IMG/VR virus record: IMGVR_UViG_3300028549_001457
Coordinates: 192,001-256,000 of that record
Source: a virus
Lineage: Duplodnaviria > Caudoviricetes
Strand: one strand, 5' to 3'
Length of the DNA: 64,000 nucleotides
The translations under genes and the position numbers were made by a program. Shown one piece after another: positions 1 through 7,844 of this stretch (positions within the stretch are counted from its first letter, which is position 1; each line of letters starts with the position of its first letter). The notes beneath the pieces were generated by a model. That model saw nothing but the letters and a program-made list of their open reading frames with translations. It searched no databases and was not told where the DNA came from.

Positions 1-30
1 AAGTCTGCAAAATCAGTTAGCTTAATTGAG

Positions 31-375
31 ATGTATTGCCTATTAGCCCAGACAATGCAATCTAATGGTGACGTAAAGACTTTTTGTAAACGGCTTTCTC
101 TTGCATGGGATCGGGAAATGGCGCTGTGGCGTAATATCCACGCCTGCTCTTTTACCTCCCCTAAAGATTTCTTGATGGTGTATAAAGGTGGGCGTCAAGG
201 AAGGCTCCCATTTGATAGTATTTACAGACTTTTAGAGATTAATGGGGATACTTCAAGCCAAACCTCCCTTAAGAAAGCGGTGGCTGCTCTTCAAAATCTA
301 AAGCTCCAAGAGGTCCCACCGTCCGAAATTCCTGCTTTGATGCTTAAAACAGTTTCTTCAGCGTTAGGGATGTGA
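31..375 (+). CDS. hypothetical protein
   Basis: 114-aa ORF abutting the hemerythrin gene; no recognised motif; start uncertain. Confidence 0.45.
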   Translation: MYCLLAQTMQSNGDVKTFCKRLSLAWDREMALWRNIHACSFTSPKDFLMVYKGGRQGRLPFDSIYRLLEINGDTSSQTSLKKAVAALQNLKLQEVPPSEIPALMLKTVSSALGM

Positions 376-376
376 C

Positions 377-772
377 ATGCCCGATTTTAACCTGGGGGTC
401 CCAGATATTGATGAGGACCACCGCAAACTTTTTGAATCGTTTACACATCTAAGTAGCCCTGAGGTTTATCGTGATACTGTTCTTAGGGTTCAAGCCGTGG
501 GGGACTTTATAGACTACGCAACCTCTCATTTAGGTCGTGAGGAACAGCTCATGCGTAAACTAAAATACCCAGGCTATTCAGAACATAGGTCTTCTCACAG
601 AGACTTACAGGACGCTTTCACTGCCCTTGTGCGTGATGTCCTTAAAGGTGTTTTGGAACAACGAGAGGCTATTAATAAGTTGCAGAGTATCTTCCTTGAA
701 CATACTCTTACGGTAGATTCCTTATTTGCCCAGTGGATGCTCACAAAAATACCTAATAGGTCCCGTAGCTGA
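377..772 (+). CDS. bacteriohemerythrin (single-domain di-iron O2-binding protein)
   Basis: GVPDIDEDH, H-x3-EE (HLGREE), H-x3-H (HRSSH) and H-x4-D (HTLTVD) iron ligands all present. Confidence 0.9.
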   Translation: MPDFNLGVPDIDEDHRKLFESFTHLSSPEVYRDTVLRVQAVGDFIDYATSHLGREEQLMRKLKYPGYSEHRSSHRDLQDAFTALVRDVLKGVLEQREAINKLQSIFLEHTLTVDSLFAQWMLTKIPNRSRS

Positions 773-834
773 GTGGATTTAGCACCCGTCTTCTAAACGG
801 GTTTACGTCAGTTCGAATCTGACCGGGACCACCA
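759..834 (+). tRNA. trnR: tRNA-Arg(UCU)
   Basis: acceptor GGTCCCG/CGGGACC, anticodon arm CCCGT-CTTCTAA-ACGGG, TTCGAAT T-loop, encoded CCA. Confidence 0.95.
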
Positions 835-836
835 GT

Positions 837-910
837 GCCGATATAGCTCAATGGTAGAGTTCTGGTTTCGTAAACCAGAGATATGGGTTCAATTCCCTTT
901 ATCGGCTCCA
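837..910 (+). tRNA. trnT: tRNA-Thr(CGU)
   Basis: acceptor GCCGATA/TATCGGC, CTGGT-TTCGTAA-ACCAG, encoded CCA. Confidence 0.92.
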
Positions 911-933
911 CTTTCCTTTAGGTAGGACAGGTT

Positions 934-1401
934 ATGCTAAAAGTATCTAGAATTCTATCTGCCACAGTCTTCTATCATGGGAGGGGCCTAACCCGCCCAT
1001 ATACTGGCAAGTATATATTCTTGACCGCAGATCCGGCCTATGCTTCCGGGTATTCAGATGGTAAGACAATCCAAGTCTATAAGCTTAAAATTCATGAAAA
1101 TGAATTGTTTTCACTGCGAAAGGCTGGGGATCTATCTGCTTTAACCACTGCCATGAACAACCCGGAAGCCACCCAATCTATAATGAAAGCCTCTTCTCAT
1201 GGTGAAATGGACTGGGCAGCTTACTCTAATATAGCTAGTGATGACCATGATGATGGTGAAAGTCTTTTAAAATCTTTAGGGTTTAAAGGGATTTGGTTAA
1301 GCGAACGCACCGGGATTAACTCAATCCTTCTTTTCGACCAAAATGATGCTGATTATGTTAAAGATATTCCTGCAGTTTTTAGAAAGCCAATGGACACATA
1401 G
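934..1401 (+). CDS. ADP-ribosyltransferase-like protein (ART-PolyVal-like) with N-terminal MLKVSRILSA leader
   Basis: YHG...YIFLT..PAYASGY and LKSLGFKGI...ILLFD pattern typical of phage ART-like domains. Confidence 0.55.
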   Translation: MLKVSRILSATVFYHGRGLTRPYTGKYIFLTADPAYASGYSDGKTIQVYKLKIHENELFSLRKAGDLSALTTAMNNPEATQSIMKASSHGEMDWAAYSNIASDDHDDGESLLKSLGFKGIWLSERTGINSILLFDQNDADYVKDIPAVFRKPMDT

Positions 1402-1469
1402 CTCAGTCTGGTATGAGCGCTTGCTCGACACGCAAGAGGTCAGTGGTTCGAATCCACTTGTGTCCACCA
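1392..1469 (+). tRNA. trnV: tRNA-Val(GAC), C at position 33
   Basis: acceptor GGACACA/TGTGTCC, CTTGC-TCGACAC-GCAAG, encoded CCA. Confidence 0.92.
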
Positions 1470-1530
1470 GTAGTTTTCCCTTTTATATACACAGTGCGGT
1501 TCACTCCTACTGGCAATATAAGGGTCTCAA

Positions 1531-1857
1531 ATGCATGCTAAGCGACTTGCACAAATGGATCTGTGGTATTCAGGTGAGTCAGGCATAGCCCCCAGTTATG
1601 ATAGAATTAGAAAGTATCTCATACAGAAACGTGGTCCAGCCTGTTCTGAATGTGATTGGATTGGTCAAAACCCTTTTACTGGTAGGTATATAATTGAGGT
1701 AGATCATATAGATGGTAATCGTAAGAATAACCATCCCAGCAATCTTAGACTTCTTTGCCCAAACTGTCATGCTATGACTCAGAATTATAAGGCCCTTAAT
1801 CGTGCAGGTGAACGTGATTCTTACGGAGTATCTAGAGTGCTTGTTGAGGACTGGTGA
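1531..1857 (+). CDS. HNH endonuclease
   Basis: CxxC...EVDHIDGNRKNN..NLRLLCPNCH motif. Confidence 0.92.
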   Translation: MHAKRLAQMDLWYSGESGIAPSYDRIRKYLIQKRGPACSECDWIGQNPFTGRYIIEVDHIDGNRKNNHPSNLRLLCPNCHAMTQNYKALNRAGERDSYGVSRVLVEDW

Positions 1858-1860
1858 GTT

Positions 1861-2043
1861 ATGCTGAGAGTCTCGCAGATACTTGTAGCGTATATTGCAG
1901 AAGTGCCTGGGCACACAGATAGTAAAGGTGAAGCTGCCCCCTTTGTTATTCGCTCTCACGAGACGGATAAGATTTTAAGTAGCCACCCCACAAGGGAAGA
2001 GGCTAAAAAACATCTCAAGCAGATGCATATATTTGGGGACTGA
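1861..2043 (+). CDS. small hypothetical protein with MLRVSQILVA leader
   Basis: 60-aa ORF; N-terminus matches those of ORFs 934 and 27700. Confidence 0.65.
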   Translation: MLRVSQILVAYIAEVPGHTDSKGEAAPFVIRSHETDKILSSHPTREEAKKHLKQMHIFGD

Positions 2044-2047
2044 TTTT

Positions 2048-2076
2048 TTGGATTTTAAAAAAATCAGTCCGTATCT
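2048..2076 (+). promoter_or_regulatory. bipartite phage promoter motif YTG(G/A/T)A-N17/18-CGTAT(C/T)T, copy 1 of 11
   Basis: TTGGA-N17-CGTATCT; other copies start at 5923, 7234, 10011, 12086, 18466, 54940, 57059, 59623, 61861, 63276. Confidence 0.7.
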
Positions 2077-2102
2077 ATACTGTTGGTCTTCTTCGAGTTC
2101 TC

Positions 2103-2330
2103 ATGTCAAGAATCAAAGCTCCTCTCAGAACCTTAAATGGGTATCTGTGTGTGTATCTGCCAGATCACCCATGTGCTATGACTTCCCTGAATTGGATGGG
2201 GTATATATATGAGCATATTGTAATTGCTGAGGAGTTTCTAAAACGAAAATTAACTCCCACAGAAGTGGTCCATCACCTTGATAGTAAGCCTCCACGAGGC
2301 TATTGGTCTAAGCATTCCTCCGCTGTATAA
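2103..2330 (+). pseudogene. internally deleted HNH endonuclease
   Basis: GY..VYLPDHP...YEH.VIAE..L.R.L...EVVHHLD stops before the N/H residues and jumps to KPPRGYW. Confidence 0.65.
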
Positions 2331-2338
2331 CTCTTATT

Positions 2339-2428
2339 GCTCCTGTAACTCAGCGTTCAGAGTCCCCGGCTCATAACCGGGTCGCCCTAAGAAGGTTTAC
2401 GCAGGTTAGAATCCTGCCGGGAGCACCA
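2339..2428 (+). tRNA. tRNA with CAU anticodon (probably Ile2, possibly Met), 19-nt variable region
   Basis: acceptor GCTCCTG/CGGGAGC + ACCA, CCCGG-CTCATAA-CCGGG, T-arm GCAGG-TTAGAAT-CCTGC. Confidence 0.85.
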
Positions 2429-2458
2429 AATTTTCCTTTAATCTAGGAGCATTCTAAT

Positions 2459-2764
2459 ATGCAAGAAGTTACTACCGCAAACGATTTCACAGCCCTCACA
2501 GCCTCCAGTAAAGTCCTAGTAGACTTCTGGGCTCCCTGGTGTGGACCCTGTAAGGCGCTCTCCCCTACACTGGAAGGGCTCGAAGGAGCCTATCCAGATG
2601 TTAAGTTTGTCAAGGTGAATATTGATACGGAGGAAGGTCAGACTATATCATCTAAGTTTGGTATCCAGAGTATTCCTACGGTAATTTACTTCGAAGGTGG
2701 GCGTAAGGTTGGGCATGTGATGGGAAATGTCCCCTCTGCCAAGATTCGTTCCCTTCTTGATTAA
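2459..2764 (+). CDS. trxA: thioredoxin
   Basis: VDFWAPWCGPC active site, SIPT cis-Pro motif. Confidence 0.95.
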   Translation: MQEVTTANDFTALTASSKVLVDFWAPWCGPCKALSPTLEGLEGAYPDVKFVKVNIDTEEGQTISSKFGIQSIPTVIYFEGGRKVGHVMGNVPSAKIRSLLD

Positions 2765-2782
2765 CCTCTTTCCGGAGAGATC

Positions 2783-3193
2783 GTGATGTATTCTAAAATG
2801 AATGTCCTGGACTTTAATTCTAAGCTATACGAGGACTTCCCTAAATTTTTTAATGATAATTTCTGGGGGGTTGAGTGCAGCCCAGGTTGGTTCAATATAA
2901 TTTACACCATGTGTGAACGCTTGAGTCTGCTAGAGCACTTGCCCGAAGACTTCTCAATTACCCAGATTAAAGAAAAATTTGGTGACTTGAGAGTCTACAC
3001 ATCTGCAAACACAATCTTTATTAATAGTATCATTAGTGATGCTGAGAAGCAGTCCGCAGTAGTGTGCGAGATTTGTGGGGCAACCCCAGCGGGGCATTCG
3101 ACCATTAATGGGTATCTTCGGACTCTTTGTGATACGTGTCATAAAGCCAAGGTGCAGGAGAGACGTACCCAAGAAGAAGCCTGGGCTAGGTAA
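2783..3193 (+). CDS. conserved phage hypothetical protein with Zn-ribbon
   Basis: GW..II...QIKEKFG.LRVY...CEICG...TLCDTC pattern seen in many phage ORFs. Confidence 0.7.
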   Translation: MMYSKMNVLDFNSKLYEDFPKFFNDNFWGVECSPGWFNIIYTMCERLSLLEHLPEDFSITQIKEKFGDLRVYTSANTIFINSIISDAEKQSAVVCEICGATPAGHSTINGYLRTLCDTCHKAKVQERRTQEEAWAR

Positions 3194-3528
3194 TGGCTTT
3201 TAATGTAGTTAAGTCAAAGTGGTCTAAAAAAGATAAGGCCCTAGCTCACCAGTCTCTGCTTGCAATACTGCGTCCAGCCCAATCCGTAGTTTTCGCGCAG
3301 ACTCCAACAAATGAGTATAGTTGGCAGATTCTCCTATTAGACTCTTCTTCTCCAGAAGCTAATGTTATAGATATATCCCACGCTGTGGCCTGTGTTCTAG
3401 GTAGAAGGTTTGGTGGGTCTACCCTTCTGGGTGTTACTTACGACAGTCCCCATATTCTGCTAGCTGAACTCCAAGAAGTTCTGGGTTTTTCCGAACCTTT
3501 TTTATTGGGCACCTTTATATGGCTTTGA
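3193..3528 (+). CDS. hypothetical protein
   Basis: start overlaps the previous stop. Confidence 0.6.
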   Translation: MAFNVVKSKWSKKDKALAHQSLLAILRPAQSVVFAQTPTNEYSWQILLLDSSSPEANVIDISHAVACVLGRRFGGSTLLGVTYDSPHILLAELQEVLGFSEPFLLGTFIWL

Positions 3529-3779
3529 TTGAAAAAGAAACAGCCACTCATCGAATTCAAATTGAATTTAATGAAGAGGGTATGGTTGATAGTAAAGAAT
3601 TTTTAGACTCGATTACTAGCCTTGGTCTACTTATTCGTCCCCGTGAGACTAAAATTAAGGCCGGAAATAACTTTAGGATTGTAATGCAAGCTCACTCAGG
3701 GTATTCCGCCGAAGATTTCTTTGAAGAACACCGGGAATTTATGGACTCGTTTTCTGGTGGTCCTTCTAGCGAGAATTAA
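3519..3779 (+). CDS. hypothetical protein
   Basis: ORF coupled to its neighbours. Confidence 0.6.
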   Translation: MALIEKETATHRIQIEFNEEGMVDSKEFLDSITSLGLLIRPRETKIKAGNNFRIVMQAHSGYSAEDFFEEHREFMDSFSGGPSSEN

Positions 3780-3780
3780 T

Positions 3781-4017
3781 ATGACTAACTCCCCTAGCTA
3801 TAAACATAATTTCCATGATTGTATTTTTCTAGATGAACATGCAAATGAACCTTGCTGGGGCACCGTTCATTTAGTTGATGTTGATGATATCTGTAATGAA
3901 TATGGCGATGTTGTTGATGAAGCCCTTTATTATGCGTGTGAAGGTCACGCAGAGTTTTTTCCAATGAGTCTTCTACACCCACCCCCCGGTAAATATATTC
4001 CTGAGAATTCAGATTGA
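3781..4017 (+). CDS. small acidic Cys/His-containing hypothetical protein
   Basis: ATG at 3781 directly after the previous stop, in the frame of track ORF 3721. Confidence 0.55.
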   Translation: MTNSPSYKHNFHDCIFLDEHANEPCWGTVHLVDVDDICNEYGDVVDEALYYACEGHAEFFPMSLLHPPPGKYIPENSD

Positions 4018-4043
4018 CCTTTGTTACGTGTATCTGTTACAAT
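4014..4043 (+). promoter_or_regulatory. sigma70-like promoter upstream of tRNA-Gly
   Basis: TTGACC-N18-TACAAT, 9 nt before the tRNA. Confidence 0.45.
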
Positions 4044-4052
4044 TATACTTCT

Positions 4053-4134
4053 GCGGGTGTTCCCTAATGGTATGGGATCAGCCTTCCAAGCTGACGCGCA
4101 AGCATTGAGGGTTCGAGTCCCTTCACCCGCTCCA
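4053..4134 (+). tRNA. trnG: tRNA-Gly(UCC) with 12-nt variable region
   Basis: GCGGGTG/CACCCGC + TCCA, TCAGC-CTTCCAA-GCTGA, variable region CGCGCAAGCATT. Confidence 0.9.
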
Positions 4135-4155
4135 ATATTTCCTCTAGGATGACCC

Positions 4156-4770
4156 ATGCGCTTATATACTAGCCAAAGTCTAGAGGTCATAAGTCTTCTC
4201 AAACAATATAAGATTTACTTCCCCACCTATGAGAAAGCCGATATGCTTCAAGGTGACGGGATGGAGTGGTTTGAATACCTCTACCATTGGATGATGGAGC
4301 AATATAATAAGCGGAAGGGTCACGAGTTTTCCTCGGCTCCGGTTTGGTGGTATACTGATAAAAAAGAGGCCCAGCGGAACTTTCTTAGAGAAGATCACCA
4401 ATTAGGGTATGAAGAAAGGGATTCTACCGCTACTGTTTTGATTAAGGCGGAGGTTCCCGATAAATGGGTTCTTTTACATGATTCTGAGCGATGGTATTGC
4501 CCTCTGAATAATGCGTCCTGTGGTTGGGGCGCACACCCCTTGTTCTCATCTAATACTTGGACCCCTGAATTTGACGTTCTTTGGGATAAGCTGCATAATC
4601 TCTATGAGAATAATCAAGAAGCTAAGGAAGAAACCTGGAAAGAAATTTTTAATATCTCAAAAGATGGTCATCAGAATCTTCATGCTGTGACTCCATTTAT
4701 TGATCTTTACTGGATTGAAGCAAAAAAAGTTCCCGATGAAAATTATGCTAGACTTGAGCAGGAAATGTGA
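4156..4770 (+). CDS. DUF3841-like protein
   Basis: LYTSQ...YHWMMEQYNKR...PVWWY...IKAEVP...VLLHD..W pattern. Confidence 0.65.
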   Translation: MRLYTSQSLEVISLLKQYKIYFPTYEKADMLQGDGMEWFEYLYHWMMEQYNKRKGHEFSSAPVWWYTDKKEAQRNFLREDHQLGYEERDSTATVLIKAEVPDKWVLLHDSERWYCPLNNASCGWGAHPLFSSNTWTPEFDVLWDKLHNLYENNQEAKEETWKEIFNISKDGHQNLHAVTPFIDLYWIEAKKVPDENYARLEQEM

Positions 4771-4785
4771 TACACTCTTTTTGTC

Positions 4786-4858
4786 GCCACTTTAGCTCAT
4801 CTGGTAGAGCACAGCTTCGGTAAAGCTGAGGTAGTCAGTTCAAGTCTGACAAGTGGCT
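4786..4858 (+). tRNA. trnT: tRNA-Thr(GGU), C at position 33, no encoded CCA
   Basis: GCCACTT/AAGTGGC, CAGCT-TCGGTAA-AGCTG, T-arm GTCAG-TTCAAGT-CTGAC. Confidence 0.88.
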
Positions 4859-5628
4859 AACTTCCTGATCGCACACCGTTTTGACTGCATTAATACAGCA
4901 CGAACTGCATGTCTACTATTAAATTTGAGGATACTAGCTATTTTTTCATATGTGTATCCCTTTTCCCTAAGGTTTTGAATGGCTTGTTTTTGTTTTGAAC
5001 AAAAGCAAAATAAACAAAGCCCCTCATGTTGCTTCCTGCGTATATTTCCACAGCTAGCGCATCCTGTTTTTTGCGGACTTCGGCTCGGGTATGGTTCTAA
5101 TGGGGTCATACTAGGGTGCTCTTTGTGCCATTTACGTTCTTCCTTCATGTGGCAGGAATTGCAAAGGCATACTAGGTTATCTATTTCATGCGAGTGACTA
5201 TACATCCATGGCGTTTTATGGTGAATCGCGGGAGTCCAGGAGGGGCCTTCCGTGACCCTGGACACTCCACAGCCTTGACACGTATAATTATCTCGTTGCA
5301 GACAGAGCTTACGCTGTGATTTCCAAGTTAAACCGTTTGAGTCAGAACAAAATCGCCCCCTTGAATAATACCTATGCCCACCCTTCCACTGTAAATTTTC
5401 CGATCCAGACTTAAAAGTCGGGTGCCCTTTATGGGATGCTTTCGCACACTTTAGGCATAGATGGGCATTGCAGGCGTTCCATCGCTTGACATATTTTATA
5501 TCTCCACATAAATTGCAAATACGTTGGAAAGATCGCTGTGCAGCGTCATTGCATTTCTTTGAACAATATTTCCTTGCCTTAGTTTTTGCTTCAAATTCTT
5601 TTTCACATGTGATACATACTGTCAACAT
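4840..5628 (-). CDS. HNH homing endonuclease with N-terminal Zn-finger repeats
   Basis: RDNYTCQGCG...IHHKTP...NLVCLCNSCH; inverted relative to the tRNA cluster. Confidence 0.88.
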   Translation of the reverse strand: MLTVCITCEKEFEAKTKARKYCSKKCNDAAQRSFQRICNLCGDIKYVKRWNACNAHLCLKCAKASHKGHPTFKSGSENLQWKGGHRYYSRGRFCSDSNGLTWKSQRKLCLQRDNYTCQGCGVSRVTEGPSWTPAIHHKTPWMYSHSHEIDNLVCLCNSCHMKEERKWHKEHPSMTPLEPYPSRSPQKTGCASCGNIRRKQHEGLCLFCFCSKQKQAIQNLREKGYTYEKIASILKFNSRHAVRAVLMQSKRCAIRKLATCQT

Positions 5629-6029
5629 TTTGGAGCCCCTCTAAAGGGAACTCCATGCTTACCGAAGAATATCTTTGGAATGTAGATGCTTGTATGATAT
5701 ACTCTTTAGTTAGAAGCCCTCAAAGCCTCTACACACCTAATCTCATAATGGAGTAGTTATGAACTACGAAACAGATATTTCCTTTACCTCGGATTCTTTT
5801 TCGAGTGGGCCACCTGGAATGTTTCCAGAAATCCTCCGAACCCCACATAAAATCTATGACATTACGGACCTTTTCAAGGGTTTTGTCGAAATAGATGCTC
5901 CCGAGTTACAATTTTAAGTTTCCTGGATATTTTAGAAATACCATCCGTATCTTACCTTGTTGGCCCCGATGGTTCGACTCCCACTGGGGCCAGTTTCTTT
6001 GAAAATGCTATATTGCATAGAATGATACT

Positions 6030-6331
6030 GCGCTCATGGCGGAATCGGTAGACGCCTTGGACTTCACGTAAGTATTACATGTAGAGCACTTAGTAGGAAA
6101 CTGCTGATGTGAATCCCATCAAATTCGGTGAATACCCCAAGTGGACAACGCCGAGCCAAGCCTGGAGACAGGAAGGTGTAGAGACTAGACGGTGGGGGCC
6201 TAAGGATACTAAATATCTATGGTCAAGGCATAGTCCAGCGCACAACAGGAAACTGGCCATAGCAATATGGAGTGTGATGAAAATCCAATGCCCGTAAGGG
6301 CGTCCCGGTTCGAGTCCGGGTGGGCGCACCA
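6030..6331 (+). tRNA. trnL: tRNA-Leu(UAA) interrupted by a group I intron (exons 6030-6064 and 6280-6331)
   Basis: GCGCTCA/TGGGCGC + ACCA; spliced loop CTT^AAAA in stem TTGGA/TCCAA; Leu-type D-arm and long variable arm; mature length 87 nt. Confidence 0.9.
6065..6279 (+). mobile_element. ORF-less self-splicing group I intron (trnL-UAA/IC3-like), 215 nt
   Basis: P TCAAATTCGGTGAA, Q AACGCCGAGCCAAG, R GGTGTAGAGACTAGACGG, S AAGGCATAGTCC; P3 CCCATC/GGTGGG, P7 GACTA/TAGTC, P1 CTT/GAG with U.G, terminal G at 6279. Confidence 0.9.
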
Positions 6332-6673
6332 AATCTTCCGAGTATTCTCATGAGGGACTAACTATGAAAATCTGGAAAATTATTTTATGTAGTCTCTTGT
6401 CGCTGGGCATTCAAGCCTGCCAGCCAACGTTTATTCTGGAAGATACCTACCAGCAGCAAGAGATTAAAACGGGGAAACGCTAGTCAAACGGGAAGAAAGC
6501 AGTCACCTGAGTCCATTGCAAAGACGGTTGCGTTCCATACGGGAAGAAAACGCTCACCGGAAACAGGTAAACGCATATCTGAGACTAAAATGCGAAAACA
6601 TATGTTTTGGGGGTCTTAACAGTTTACAAACGGTAGATTCCCTGTTAGGATACTTATTGGAAAGGAGACTAAA

Positions 6674-7216
6674 ATGGGACACTCAAAAAGATTTCAGAAC
6701 AGAAACACGGTTTTAGCTTTATCGTGTCATTTCATCCCAATGGCTGAAATTTCACGCAGAAAAGCAATCAAGGCCATCGTCACTCGTAAGGCTGACATCA
6801 TCACTAATCCTAAGACGCTGGAGACTTCTTCTTGGATTGAGCCTGGACAACCTATTAAGATGATTATCTATAAGATGGTTTCCAAGTCTCCCGGAGAGCC
6901 CCGTTTGCACTCAGGCAACAAGGGCCTAAAGGCGATTATTCGTCGTGACGGTCATAGGTGTTGCTATTGTGGGGCTAAGCTAAAGGGTACCAACTGCACC
7001 GTGGACCACATTGTCCCACGAAGTAAGGGCGGTCAAACTAACTGGAAAAACCTCGTGGCTTGTTGTTTCCGATGCAACCAGATGAAGGGCAGCAAGCTTC
7101 TGGAAGAAAGCGGTATGACCTTACTCCGTAGGCCTACCACCCCCACCATGGTTCTCATGGAGCGCTTCCATAAGTTGGTTGATTTTGATATGTTTGAAAA
7201 AACATACGCAGACTGA
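6674..7216 (+). CDS. HNH endonuclease (HNH_5/McrA-like)
   Basis: RRDGHRCCYCG...TVDHIVPRSKGG...WKNLVACCFRCNQMKG. Confidence 0.92.
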   Translation: MGHSKRFQNRNTVLALSCHFIPMAEISRRKAIKAIVTRKADIITNPKTLETSSWIEPGQPIKMIIYKMVSKSPGEPRLHSGNKGLKAIIRRDGHRCCYCGAKLKGTNCTVDHIVPRSKGGQTNWKNLVACCFRCNQMKGSKLLEESGMTLLRRPTTPTMVLMERFHKLVDFDMFEKTYAD

Positions 7217-7331
7217 TTTTACGGCACATTTTTCTGAACCTTTTTGAAATTTGTGCCGTATCTTAAACTAGTCCCCTGAGGGGGCGTTGAATCCTTGAAA
7301 ATTTGGCAACATATTTAAGTAAACTAACTAT

Positions 7332-7670
7332 GGCCTGACTAGGCACTTCGGTGCCGTAGCGCTCCAGCGTTGGTCGGGCCTCCAATCAAAACCCCGTCCT
7401 AGTAGCTTCCTAGGCTGTAATTCAAACGGCCATGAGGGGCAGTAACCCTTCGTGCAGTAAAGAGTCTCCTGGAGGCATTAACCTCTAAGGTCTGAATAGA
7501 ACGCGGCTTTTAGCTGTGAATCCAGTGAGCCAAACTGGTAGAATGAGTAGTTGCGACACTCCGGGGAATCATCAAACCCAAGGGGCAGTAAGTCAAAATG
7601 GGTTACTTCGAGAGCCTTCACAAGCTCACCATATGCAAAGACACCCACTGACGATTCCCTCCCCTTGGTT
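7332..7670 (+). ncRNA. candidate large structured ncRNA A (family unassigned)
   Basis: ORF-free, own promoter at 7234-7263, stems GGCCTGACT/GGTCGGGCC, GGCAC-TTCG-GTGCC, CCTAG/CTAGG, CCAGT/ACTGG; boundaries approximate. Confidence 0.6.
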
Positions 7671-7700
7671 TTTATAACCTAATTAACTTAGGAGGCTTAT

Positions 7701-7808
7701 ATGCCTGACTCAACTGGTTACTGGGGCGATGACGATGACAACAAGGTTCTTGATGCCATCGATGACGAATTTGATCGCTACGAGCGAGAAAATCCTGACG
7801 AAGATTAA
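7701..7808 (+). CDS. 35-aa acidic peptide MPDSTGYWGDDDD...
   Basis: GGAGG RBS, below the ORF-track cutoff. Confidence 0.55.
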   Translation: MPDSTGYWGDDDDNKVLDAIDDEFDRYERENPDED

Positions 7809-7844
7809 TTAGTCTGTATTGTTTTTATATATGATGGAGCAAGC

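Noticed and set aside
6090-6332. Track ORFs 6090-6332 (minus) and 6109-6297 (plus) as an intron-encoded protein
   Set aside because: They overlap the conserved ribozyme core and tRNA exon and show no endonuclease motif.
7460-7510. RNase P RNA (AGAACGCGGCTT resembles the P4 3' strand)
   Set aside because: No GAGGAAAGTCC 5' strand at a suitable distance.
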